A stretch of 64,000 bases of DNA from the IMG/VR virus record IMGVR_UViG_3300047160_009070, positions 31,320 to 95,319 of that record, one strand, 5' to 3'. Below, one piece after another: positions 1 to 10,000 of this stretch (within the stretch, counting starts at the first letter, position 1; every line of letters begins with the position of its first letter). The position numbers were made by a program, and so were the translations under genes. The notes under the pieces were generated by a model, which worked only from the letters and a program-made list of their open reading frames with translations, was not told the origin of the DNA and made no database searches. The stretch is from a virus.

Positions 1-2
1 GG

Positions 3-446
3 ACCGACGAGCGCCCGCATGTGTTCGGCGACTGGGGTATCGAGGACGGGCCCGCCTACCAGGACCCGGACATCTGGCGCGAGTCCCGCGGGTTCATCAA
101 CCCGCAGGTGGGTGAGCAGCAGCATTTCGCTTCGGGCGACGAGCTGTCGATCGTGGACCGGGCGATGCTGATGGAGTTCGGCGCTCCCGGCCATTACATC
201 CCCGCCCGCGCCGGCCGTGCAGAGAGGGCAGCACCGATCGCTGCGCGCCCGTTCATCTACCCGGCGTGGGACGCGAGCAAGCGTCTGCTACCGGCGGCGA
301 TCGCCGCCGCGTTGCGCGGCGAGTCGATCGGCGAGGCGCTGTCCAGGGAGGCGAGGATCAGTTCGGCGAACATCGCGTTCGGGAAGGTCGGCCGTGCCGC
401 CGGCCGGTTCGTCAGCCTCGGCGGCCTGGGCAGGCGCGGCAGATGA
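3..446 (+). CDS. Partial (5'-truncated) HK97-gp10-like neck/tail-completion protein
   Basis: Frame open from the window start; 'LMEFG...ARPFIYPAWD' resembles the gp10-family E-[FY]-G...RPF-x-PA signature; ATGA overlap with the next gene; position in tail module. Confidence 0.55.
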   Translation, partial: TDERPHVFGDWGIEDGPAYQDPDIWRESRGFINPQVGEQQHFASGDELSIVDRAMLMEFGAPGHYIPARAGRAERAAPIAARPFIYPAWDASKRLLPAAIAAALRGESIGEALSREARISSANIAFGKVGRAAGRFVSLGGLGRRGR

Positions 447-871
447 GTGCGGTCAGACCGAACCCGGTCTTGGCGGTCGCGGCGCTGCTGGAGGCCGACA
501 CGCTGGTGCAGGGGCTGTGCGGCGCCAACGTGTTCGACCATGAGCTCCCGGTCGCCGAGGACGTGCTGATGCCGACGAAGGCGATCGTGGTGATCCCGCA
601 CGGAGGCCCGGCGGGGTTCGCGACCCTGACGGTGTACGAGGCGAGGCTGGCGTTGTGGTGCTACGGCGAAACCCAGAACCTCGCCTACCAGGTGTTCGAT
701 GCGGCGTACATGGCGTTGAAGAACAGCGCCCCGTCCGTCTGGGCTGCGACATACATTTACAACGTGATGCTGGCCGGCGGTCCGACACCGAGCCGCGATC
801 CTGTGCTCCAGTGGCCGTACAACATCTCGACGTTTCTGATAAAGACCTCGGATGTGGAGGGAGCGGTGTAG
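443..871 (+). CDS. Putative tail terminator protein
   Basis: ATG at 443 overlaps the upstream stop (MSAVRPNPVLAV...); ~142 aa; synteny upstream of the major tail protein. Confidence 0.6.
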   Translation: MSAVRPNPVLAVAALLEADTLVQGLCGANVFDHELPVAEDVLMPTKAIVVIPHGGPAGFATLTVYEARLALWCYGETQNLAYQVFDAAYMALKNSAPSVWAATYIYNVMLAGGPTPSRDPVLQWPYNISTFLIKTSDVEGAV

Positions 872-1123
872 ATGGCCGTGAAGCACTATCGCTTTGAGGC
901 GGACAACCGCCGGCTTGAGATCGCGGGGGTGACGCTTGAGCCGGGTGACGAGATCGATCTCGAGGAAACGCTCGCGGCGCAGTTCCCCGGGCTCGTCGAA
1001 ACAGCCGGTCTCAGCGCTGAGACCACCGTGATCACCCCCGACCAGCCGGCGGGCTGGCCACCACAGCCGCAGACAGGCACAGCGCCCGTCCAGAATGTCG
1101 GGTACGGCGGAGCCTCCGAATGA
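872..1123 (+). CDS. Hypothetical protein (83 aa)
   Basis: Tightly coupled ORF (TAG-ATG upstream, ATGA downstream) with phage-like codon usage. Confidence 0.6.
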   Translation: MAVKHYRFEADNRRLEIAGVTLEPGDEIDLEETLAAQFPGLVETAGLSAETTVITPDQPAGWPPQPQTGTAPVQNVGYGGASE

Positions 1124-1929
1124 TCCGCGAGGGGTTGCGCCAGGACACCCTGCTCGGGTTCGCGGAGAACGGCGCCGTCGCCACCTGTTTCATGCAGTCG
1201 GTGTTCGAGGCCGCGACCGAGGACTCGCTGCGCGGCGAGAAGCGACGGTGGGGCGACTGGTTCTTCGGGAACGGCCCGTACATCGTCGATAACCGCGCAC
1301 GGATCGCCCGCTACTTCCTTGAGTGCACCGACAAGCAGTGGCTGTGGATGCTCGACAACGACATCAAGTTCCCCGCCGACTCGCTGTACCGGCTGCTGGA
1401 CGCCGCCGAGGAGTTCGACTACAAGGTGATCGGCGCCGCCTACTGGAACCAGTATCCCGGCACCCACTGCTATCTGTCGTGGCTGGTGTTCACGACCGAC
1501 AAGCTGCACGCCGTTCCCGAGCTCCCGGAGGACCGCTCGGTGCCGTGCGAGGTGTCGTCGGTCGGGATGGGATGCACGCTGATTCACCGTGATGTGCTGC
1601 AGGACGTGGCGAACCGCCACCCGAACGATCCGTGGGACACGTTCGGCCAGGACATCCTGGTGCAGTTCGCTGACGGGGAGCAGCCGGCGTTCGTGATGGC
1701 ACGCAGCCCCGAGGACTTCGACGAGGACATGCTGCTGAAACGGCCGATCGCCCGTATCGACCGGTGCGGCGAGGACGTCACGTTCTGTTTGCGCGCCCGC
1801 CGGGAGGGACACCAGATCTGGGGTTTGCCGTCGCTTGAGGTCGAGCATTTCAAGCCGCACTTCATGAACCACGGCGACGGCGCGCCGTCGATCCGGGTGG
1901 TTGAGCCTGATCTGGCGGAGGCGGTGTAA
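1120..1929 (+). CDS. GT-A/GT2-like glycosyltransferase within the tail module
   Basis: DxD motif (WMLDNDI), GMGCTLIHRDVL, GEDVTFCLRAR...VEH. Confidence 0.8.
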   Translation: MIREGLRQDTLLGFAENGAVATCFMQSVFEAATEDSLRGEKRRWGDWFFGNGPYIVDNRARIARYFLECTDKQWLWMLDNDIKFPADSLYRLLDAAEEFDYKVIGAAYWNQYPGTHCYLSWLVFTTDKLHAVPELPEDRSVPCEVSSVGMGCTLIHRDVLQDVANRHPNDPWDTFGQDILVQFADGEQPAFVMARSPEDFDEDMLLKRPIARIDRCGEDVTFCLRARREGHQIWGLPSLEVEHFKPHFMNHGDGAPSIRVVEPDLAEAV

Positions 1930-1974
1930 ACACTGCCGCTGGACTGGCCATTAGACTGTGCGAAGTTTGGCGTG

Positions 1975-2026
1975 GGCATCGCTGATGCCGGAGCCCCATT
2001 TCTGAACGTCAGGAGGCTCCTAGCCC
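1975..2026 (+). promoter_or_regulatory. Structured leader; hairpin sequesters the AGGAGG RBS of the major tail gene
   Basis: GGCATC/GATGCC hairpin (1975-1989); GGAGCC(1990-95)/GGCTCC(2015-20) stem with inner TCTGA/TCAGG covering AGGAGG 2011-2016. Confidence 0.45.
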
Positions 2027-2635
2027 ATGCAACCGTATGAAGTGATCTGCTTCCCATACGTGGCGTACGTCGCTCCGGTTGGGAGCTCTTTCCCTCCAGT
2101 CAGCGCAAGCTTCGGCTCCGGTGGGTTCTCCGGCCCGCAGAACACTCCGCCGGCGCCTTGGACGACGCTTGGTTCGTCCGGCAACAAGTCCTACATCGAC
2201 ACGGGCGTGACGGTGTCGCATCCGCAGACGATCGGCACGTTCGTCCCGGGCGGCTCGACCGCTATCCGCAAGGCGTGGCGCCAGACGGAGGAGCTGACGT
2301 GCGCGTTCTCGCTCGCCGATCTGTCCCCGGCGCAGTATGCGTTCACGTTGAACAACGCGACGGTCACGACCGTCGCGCAGTCGACGTCGTCCGGCGACGA
2401 GCATTTCGAGGTGTACCGCGGTGTGCTGGTCAACTCGTTCGCGCTGCTGGTCCGTGGCGTCAGTCCGTTCCAGGAGGCGTACGCAGCCCAGTACGAGATC
2501 CCGGCCGCCTACAACGCCGGCAACGCCGCCCCCGTGTTCTCCAAGCAGGGTCCGGCGGTACTCGCCGTCGAGTGGCATGCGTACGAGTTGACGATCGGCC
2601 AGCTCGCGACGTTCAGGGCGCAGCAGACTCCGTAG
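2027..2635 (+). CDS. Major tail (tube) protein
   Basis: Strong RBS; 202 aa, beta-rich (WTTLG...GVTVSH...AFSLAD); upstream of chaperone and tape measure genes. Confidence 0.75.
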   Translation: MQPYEVICFPYVAYVAPVGSSFPPVSASFGSGGFSGPQNTPPAPWTTLGSSGNKSYIDTGVTVSHPQTIGTFVPGGSTAIRKAWRQTEELTCAFSLADLSPAQYAFTLNNATVTTVAQSTSSGDEHFEVYRGVLVNSFALLVRGVSPFQEAYAAQYEIPAAYNAGNAAPVFSKQGPAVLAVEWHAYELTIGQLATFRAQQTP

Positions 2636-2638
2636 CGG

Positions 2639-2980
2639 ATGGCGGTTGACGTCGTTCAGGAGGAGTGGCATCCGAGCCACATCACGGCCAGGACGGCGCA
2701 GGCGATTTCTGACGACATTCGCCGCCAGGTAGACGCCGATCCTGAGCTTGCCGCGCTTGAGGCGCAGCGCTGCTACCGCGAGTTCAGGGAGCAGCGGTAT
2801 GAGGCCCGGCGGCACCAGCGCCGGGCTCGTCGTGCGATATTCCGCGCCAAAACGTTCCAGCGCGACCTTGAGGCGCTCGGGATCACCGTGATCTTCGAGC
2901 TGGGCCCCCGGGAGCGCGCCCGTCAACTCAACGCCACAGAAGGAGGCGACAGTGACAACCAGGCAGCGCAAGCCACCTAG
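2639..2980 (+). CDS. Hypothetical protein
   Basis: ORF filling the gap between the tail tube and chaperone genes. Confidence 0.5.
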   Translation: MAVDVVQEEWHPSHITARTAQAISDDIRRQVDADPELAALEAQRCYREFREQRYEARRHQRRARRAIFRAKTFQRDLEALGITVIFELGPRERARQLNATEGGDSDNQAAQAT

Positions 2981-3509
2981 CGAACAGACGCCGGCTGCGA
3001 ACGGCGCGGTGCCGGAGGAGGACTCCAGCAAGGTTCTCGATCTGATCAGCCTCACCCCGAGCCGCAAGCTCGTGAGGCTGCCGACGAAGGACCATCCGGA
3101 GGGGGAGACGTTCGAGTTGCGGCTCGTCGACGATTTCGGGATCGAGATGCAGCAGAAGCTGCTCGCATGGAGCCGGCAGTTCACCAATCTCATGTCGTCG
3201 GAGGAGGAGCTTGACGACGACCAGGCGGCACGGATGCGGTTTCTTCTGGAGAGCCTGTTCGAGCAGGTGCTCGGCCCGTCGCCGGACATGACGAAAACCG
3301 AGTTCGCGGACGCGAGGCGGGGTATGGACGACGCGGTTCGCCACCGGGTGGTTCAGGCTTTTTCGTGGGCGCCGGTGCTGGCGCGAAACGAGTTGCAGAC
3401 CGAGTTGATCAAGCGGCTGGTGGACAGGAAGTATCTGAAGCAGGAGCAGGTGGACGAGGTGATGGACGAGCTCAGGCTGGAGTTGACGAGGTCGACTTCG
3501 GGGAGTTGA
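2952..3509 (+). CDS. Tail assembly chaperone (G-like)
   Basis: RBS AAGGAGG with GTG start; acidic helical protein between the tail tube and TMP genes. Confidence 0.7.
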   Translation: MTTRQRKPPSEQTPAANGAVPEEDSSKVLDLISLTPSRKLVRLPTKDHPEGETFELRLVDDFGIEMQQKLLAWSRQFTNLMSSEEELDDDQAARMRFLLESLFEQVLGPSPDMTKTEFADARRGMDDAVRHRVVQAFSWAPVLARNELQTELIKRLVDRKYLKQEQVDEVMDELRLELTRSTSGS

Positions 3510-3868
3510 TCCCCAGGCTGCATGAGCTCTACGGGCCGGCTGATCCTGTGTACGGGTCTTGGTGGGATGTGCCCGCCAAGAAGTTCTGGGCGTACGTGCG
3601 GATGATGCCGGTGCTGCGCGCCCGCGCGTCGATCTCGAGGATCAACGAGATGTCGTTGGCGTTCGGGTCGATGCAGAAGGAGACCGCCAACTCGTTCATG
3701 CTGCAGCTGAGGACGGCGGCGACTTTGGACAGCGGCGACAGCGGCCCGAGGGTGTACCGGCCGCGGTCGCCTGCCGAGATGGCCGGTCTGGCTGGTGCGG
3801 GTACGGCGGTGGTGATGGAACAGGGCCCGAGGACACGCTCCTCCGCAACCCCGGTCGGTACGCCGTGA
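3506..3868 (+). CDS. Tail assembly chaperone T-like segment (-1 frame relative to 2952..3509)
   Basis: Overlapping -1 frame reading ...EVDFGELIPRLHELYG...WWDVPAKKFWAYVRMMP; classic G/GT arrangement, or TTG start at 3506. Confidence 0.6.
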   Translation: MIPRLHELYGPADPVYGSWWDVPAKKFWAYVRMMPVLRARASISRINEMSLAFGSMQKETANSFMLQLRTAATLDSGDSGPRVYRPRSPAEMAGLAGAGTAVVMEQGPRTRSSATPVGTP

Positions 3869-4010
3869 GACGCCGTGTAACGCGTTCTGAGCGGCCGGAC
3901 CGTGTACCGGCCCTTGGCCATGCACACACCCCGCGGGGCGTGACAGGCGCCTGCAGGCGCTGCGAGACGCAGCAAATTGACAGGTCGAGGAAAGGAGGTC
4001 CGGTACTCTC

Positions 4011-7000
4011 ATGACAGAGTACCTTTGACCTCGGCGATGCCGTCCTCGAGTTCGACGGGGACATCGAGCCGCTCGCGAGGAAGGTCCAGGAAGCCCACCA
4101 GATGGTCAAGACCGGCCTGGACGGAATGGGCCGTGAGATCCAGGGCTTCACCGCACTGGCGATCCGTTCGGGGCAGGAGCTCGAGCTTGCGTACATCCAG
4201 CCGCTGAAGCGAGGCTTCGACGAGCTTTCGCTCGCCGTGTTCGCCTACCACGAGCGTCTGACCGGGGTGATAGGCGTCACGCACGAGGCTGCGGGCGCGA
4301 TGCTGCAGCTGGGTGCCGCGTCGTCGCAGATGGCGGAGCAGACCGTCCGTGCGCTCGCCGACGTGCGGGGTGCTGTGGAGAGCACGGCGCTGCTGATCAT
4401 CGCGGCTGCCCGCAGCGAGGTTGACGCGATCAACGAGGTGACGGCCGCGTATCTGCGCCAGGCGGCGGCTGCTCGTCTCGCGGGGGGCAGTGCCGGGGTG
4501 ACGCTCGCGGCGGGTGCGCTTCCGCTTCCGTCGTTGCGGGCGGGGGTTGCGCCGGCTGCTCTCGGCCCCGCCCCGGGGCAGCCGCTCGCCGGCAACTACC
4601 GGATTTGGGGTTCGCGTGGTGACGCCGCCCCCGGCTCGATGGTGAACCCGGTTGTGGTCGCGATCGAGTCCGGCCAGTACGCCGGTCTCGGCGCACGCGC
4701 CGCGGCGCTCGGGTTCACGGCGGGCGCCCAGCCGTCCGGGTCGATCCTCGATCCGGTCACCGCCCAGGCTTTGCGTGACATCGCGCAACGCCAGATCGCT
4801 GCGGCGCCGGCGTTGACGCCGGGGGAGATCATCACTGCCGCCAGGGCGCTGCCGCAGGAGGACCTGCGCCGGCTGGTGGGAATCCTGGACCGCCCGATCG
4901 CCGGCGGCGCCGGTCCACCGATCGACTGGCGGCCGGACCCGACGTTCCGGCGTGCCGTCCAGTCGGTTTTGGCGGGCGGTCCGTTCGCCGAGCCGAACGT
5001 GTCGGTGTCGGGTTTGCAGCGGTCGCTGCAACTGCAGTACACGCAGGCGCTCCAACTCCAGAGACAGCTTCAGCAGGTGGGTCTGATCGAGTTGCGGTCC
5101 GGCGGCGGGTTCCGGGTTGTTCAGCCGAAGGTGCAGGAGTACCAGCGCCTGATGTTCGGCGCGACCGGTCCTGCGTTCCCGGGCGCCAGCTATGGCCGTG
5201 CGCCGACGGGCGAGATGGCCGGGATACCGCAGCCGGCCGAGCGACTCGACATTTTCGGGGCGCTCGCCGAGCAGCAGGCTGCACAGGAGGCGCAGATCGC
5301 ACAGCAGCAGGCTGATCTCGCGAGACAGGAGGCGCAACTCGGCCGGCAGATGTCGCTGTTCGAGGGGATGGCCCGCCGCGGCGGGATCTGGCCCGGTGTC
5401 GTGGCCGCGATGGGTCCCGAGCCGCTCGGGCCGTACGGGCCCGTAGGCCGGTTCGCGTACCGGCCTTTGGGGGTTCCGGGTGAAGCCGAGACCGGGTATG
5501 AGGCTCTGAGGGCGGGTGCGACCGGTGCGACTGCCCGCCCGACGTGGATGGGCGGGACGGTCCTGCCGCCTGAGCCGACGGTCAAGATCGACGCTGCGCA
5601 ACTCGCGGCGCTTGAGGCTGCTCTGAAGGAGGGCCGGATCAGCCAGACGCAGTTCGATGCGCTGTCCTCCGCGCTCGCGCTCGGCGGCACCCCCGGTGCC
5701 CCCGGCGGGGGAGGCGGAGGCGGAGGGGTTCCCCCGGTGGCTGTCGGTCCACCCGGTGGCGGAGGCGGCGGAGGCGGCCGTGCCTTGTGGCCTTTGGCGC
5801 TGGCTGCTCTGTGGGGACGCCCGACTCTCGGCGCACGAATCCCGTTCACTCCGTTCTCGCTGCCGATGGCCGGGTTCGGAAGCCTCGGCTCGCTCGCCGG
5901 TCTCGGCCCGGAGCATTGGCTGATGACCGCTTTGGGGATCGGCGGGTTCGCTGCCGCCGGCGCCGCCGGCGCGGGTGCGATAGCGCTCGGTTCGGCTGGC
6001 ACGCTCGCGGCCGGTGCCGGCTCGAACGCGGCTGTGATGTCGTCGACGATCAAGGACACCCAGACGCTGTCGCAGGCGATGACTGCGGTGCAGACGGCGC
6101 AGCAGAACGTGGCGCAGTCCCAGGCCGCGTATGCGGCGGCGGTTCACCAGTTCGGGCGCAACTCGACGCAGGCGACAGCCGCCGCGAGCCAGCTGACGGG
6201 CGCCACCAACACGCTGACGACCGCCCAGCAGAACTACAACAGCACCGTCAGCCAACTCGGAGGCCCGCGCGCCCCGGGTGTGCAGGCGGAGATCCAGTTG
6301 GCGAAACAGACACAGGCGCTCAACAAGTTCTGGGACCAGCAGACGCAGATGGCCCGGGTCGCCGCGGTGCACGTGCTCGAGCAGGTGGTGCAGCTGGGTC
6401 ACGACTACGTGCCGCTGGTGGCGCAGGCGGCGCAGCAGAACCTGACGATCATCAACCAGGACATCAAACCGTTGTTCTCATGGCTCGAGGGTCCGCAGGG
6501 AAGAGGCATCTTCCTGCAACTCGAGGACCAGTTCAAAAGGACTCTGCCGACCGCGATCGACGCGTTCTCCAAGGCGATCGAGGTTGTGCTGCGGGTCACG
6601 CAGGTCGCGTCCCAGTACAGCGGCACGTTCGTCTCCTGGCTCGACAAGTTGGTGAACCGCTTCAACAGCATGTCGAACGTCCAGTTCGCGAACACGATCC
6701 GGCGGCTCGTCGGCGACTTCCGGGACTGGGAGAGGTTCGCGAAGGCGATCGCCACCGACCTGTATCTGCTGTTCAGCCAGGACGTCGGCACCGGCAAGTC
6801 GATCATCACCACGCTCACCACCATGCTCGAGCATCTCGGCAAGTGGGAGAGCTCAGTGAAGGGGCGCGAGGAGATCCGCACGATCTTCGACGTGCATCTG
6901 CACGAGGTGCAGGCGCTGCTCGGGATCATGCCGAAGCTGTTCGGCGTGTTCGGCCAGCTCTACATGACGTTGGCGCCGCCGCTCACCCAACTGATGACGC

Positions 7001-10000
7001 TGATCTTGGATGTGGTGAAGGCGCTCGAGCAGATACCCGGTGGTGCGTGGGTGCTCGGTTTGGGGTTGCTGTTCAGCAGGCTCGGTATTCTCGGCGGTGT
7101 CCTCAGAGGTCTCGGACGGGCGCTCGGGATCCTCGGTGCCGGTGAGGCCGTCGCAGCAGCCGGTGGTGTGGCAGCCGGGGGGGCGGGTGTTGCGGGTGTC
7201 GGTGCTGCTGGCGTTGCCGGTGCTGCCGCAGGCGGTGGCCTGCTGGCGAGGATGGCACCGACCGCGATCGCGACACGGTTGCTGGGAGGGCTGTCCAGGC
7301 GTCTCGGGATGGGTGAGGCAAGCGCGCTGCTCGGCTCCGCTGTTCCGGCGCTCGCCGGCACGATCGCGGCGGGTGGTGGTCTGCTTGCTGGTGACTTCGT
7401 CCAGCACCTGTTCGGTCTGCGCGGCGGGACTGGGACGACGGTCGCCGGCGGTGTGGTGGGAGGTTTGCTCGGTGGACTGGCCTTCGGCCCGTGGGGAGCG
7501 GCGATCGGCGCCGGTATCACCTCGGCGCTCCTTCCGACACTCACGCACCTGTTCGATCCTAGCCGTCCGACTCCTCGCCTTCCGAGGGGCACGGTGGAAC
7601 GTCCGGTTCTGCCCGGCATGGACACACGGTTCGCTGCGGTGCTGCAGCGGGGACCGGGTGCTCTGAGGGAGTTCATCACGCAGCCGCGTGAGGTTGTTGG
7701 ACCGGGAGGCAGAGCGACAATGCTGCCCGGCCAGAGCCTCGCCGATGTTGCTGCGACCAAGGAGGCGGGGGCGGCGCTGGACCAGTGGGTGAAGTCCGCC
7801 ACTAATTCGGCGAACGTTGCCCAGATGAACGTCGGCCAGTTGAAGGCGATGCGCCGCGAGGGGCAGGCGCTACGGGAGATCTTCCCTGACGCTGCCCCGA
7901 TCATCAACAAGGCGCTCGGGGATATTCACAGCGGCATCATCGGCGCGATGGTGCCGATGCAGAAGCTCTGGGGCACCGTCATCAACCGCTGGCAGGACGA
8001 CACCTCCAAGGGTCTCGGTTCGATGGTCGACATCTTCAACAGCAACATGCGGCTGATCGACACCAGCGCCGGCCAGGGGTCGACGCACGCACGCCAGGTA
8101 ATGCGCGCGAACCTGCAGAAGATGGTGGACGACGTCACCGCCGGGATGGCCGCCGGAACGATCTCGACGAAGGCCGGGATGGACGCGATCAACAAGGCGA
8201 TCGCCGAGGGCTCCAAGGCCGGCGCGATCGGGTGGGAGATGGCGACCCACGACCAGTTCACGACGCTGATGGCGTTGCACGACGCCCACAAGATCAAGGT
8301 GTCGACATACATGCGGGACCTTGGCGGCATATACCGGACCGGGTTCTCGAACATCAAGCAGGACACCGAGAACCAGTCGAAGGCGATGCACGACTATCTC
8401 GACGCGCAGGAGCACAAGGGGCTGCTCACCCACCACGCGGCGATGCAGGCTTGGCACACCTACCAGCTGCAGGCCAACCAGCAGGAACAGGCCGACATGT
8501 CGCACTTCTCCGGCAACATCATCAATGCGCTCGCGAAGGCCGGTGCCGCGTCCGGCGGTGCCGTCGAAGCGATCCTGAAACCCCTGCTGCAGGCGCTGAA
8601 GGCGCTGGGGGTGTCGTCGTCGAGCGTCAGCCAGGTCGAGGCGGCGATCAAGGACGCCCCCAAGTTCGCCGGCACCTTCCTGAACGAGGTGACGCAGGGA
8701 CTGCCGATCGGGATCGGCCCGCAGGCAGCCGGTTCCACACCCGGCGGCGCGATCGGCACCACCACCGGTCACGGCCAGCACGGTCTGATGATCCAGTTCG
8801 GGCAGCCCGGCCAGCGTGGCCAGGACACCATCCACGCGAACTTCGGCGGCCAGCCGGTGATGGTCGCTCCCGGCGAGGTGGGGATGGTGCTCACCGGCCA
8901 GCAGCAGAACTTCCTGAACACCCGTCTCGCCGACGTCGGTGGCCTCCCCGGCATGTTCTCCACCGTCAATCAGCCGCACGCGCAGGGTTGGGGCTGGGGT
9001 GAGGGATACCAGCGCGGAGGGATGATGCTGTCCTACAGCCAACTCGAGGGGCTGTGGATCAGAGCCGGCGGTCCGCCTGCGCTCGCGTCGACGATGGCGT
9101 CGATAGCGATGGCCGAGTCGGGTGGCCGCACCAACGCGTACAACCCGTCCGGCGCGTCCGGTCTGTGGCAGATCTTGGGGTTGCCGTTCCCCGGCAACCC
9201 GTTCGACCCGATGACGAACGCCAGGATGGCTGTCACAAAGTTCCGCACCCAGGGGCTCGGCGCCTGGGTGACGTACACGTCCGGCGCCTACAGGAGCTAT
9301 CTGCACGGCGGGGTGCCTCCGTCGATGACCGCGTTCCCGCACATCCCGGTTCCCCACATCACCGGCACCGGGGCGCTCGCCGACATCGTCCGCGGCGGCG
9401 CGACGATGCTCACCCACGACGCGAACGCGTTCCTTGCACGCCAGGTCGGCCGGATGGCCGGTCGCGCTGGCGCGGGTGTCCCGTTCACCCACGGGATGCT
9501 GACGTTCCCGCTGCCGGCTGGGACGTGGCGCGGCGAGAGCCTCGACATGGGGTGGGACATCGCCGCCGCAGGCCACACACCCCTGTACGCGGTGGGTGCC
9601 GGCACGATCGTCGGCCACGGGATCCCCGGGTTCGGCCCGTGGGCGCCGATCCTCCAACTCGCATCCGGCGCCCGCGTCTACTACGGCCACGCCGGTCCCG
9701 GCCACGAGCTCCCGGTCGGCACCCATGTCAGAGCCGGCCAGATCCTGGGTGAGGTGGGAGCCGGGATCGTGGGTGTGTCCACCGGACCGCATCTCGAGAT
9801 CGGCTGGTATCCGCCGGGGAGTGCGTCGGGTGCGTCGATGAAGTCGGCGCTCGGGTTCCAGCATGGCGGCATGGTGTTCGCCCAGCGGGGCCACTTCCCC
9901 GGTCAGCATGCACCGGTTGGCCAGACGTTCGCCGGCCAGACAGTCACCGGCCACACCCGGTCGGGGACCGCCGTCTCCGGTTCGGGCGCGAGCCGCCTGT

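Noticed and set aside
3977-4009. TTGACA...TACTCT as a TMP promoter
   Set aside because: The spacer is 21 nt and would place the RBS upstream of the transcript start.
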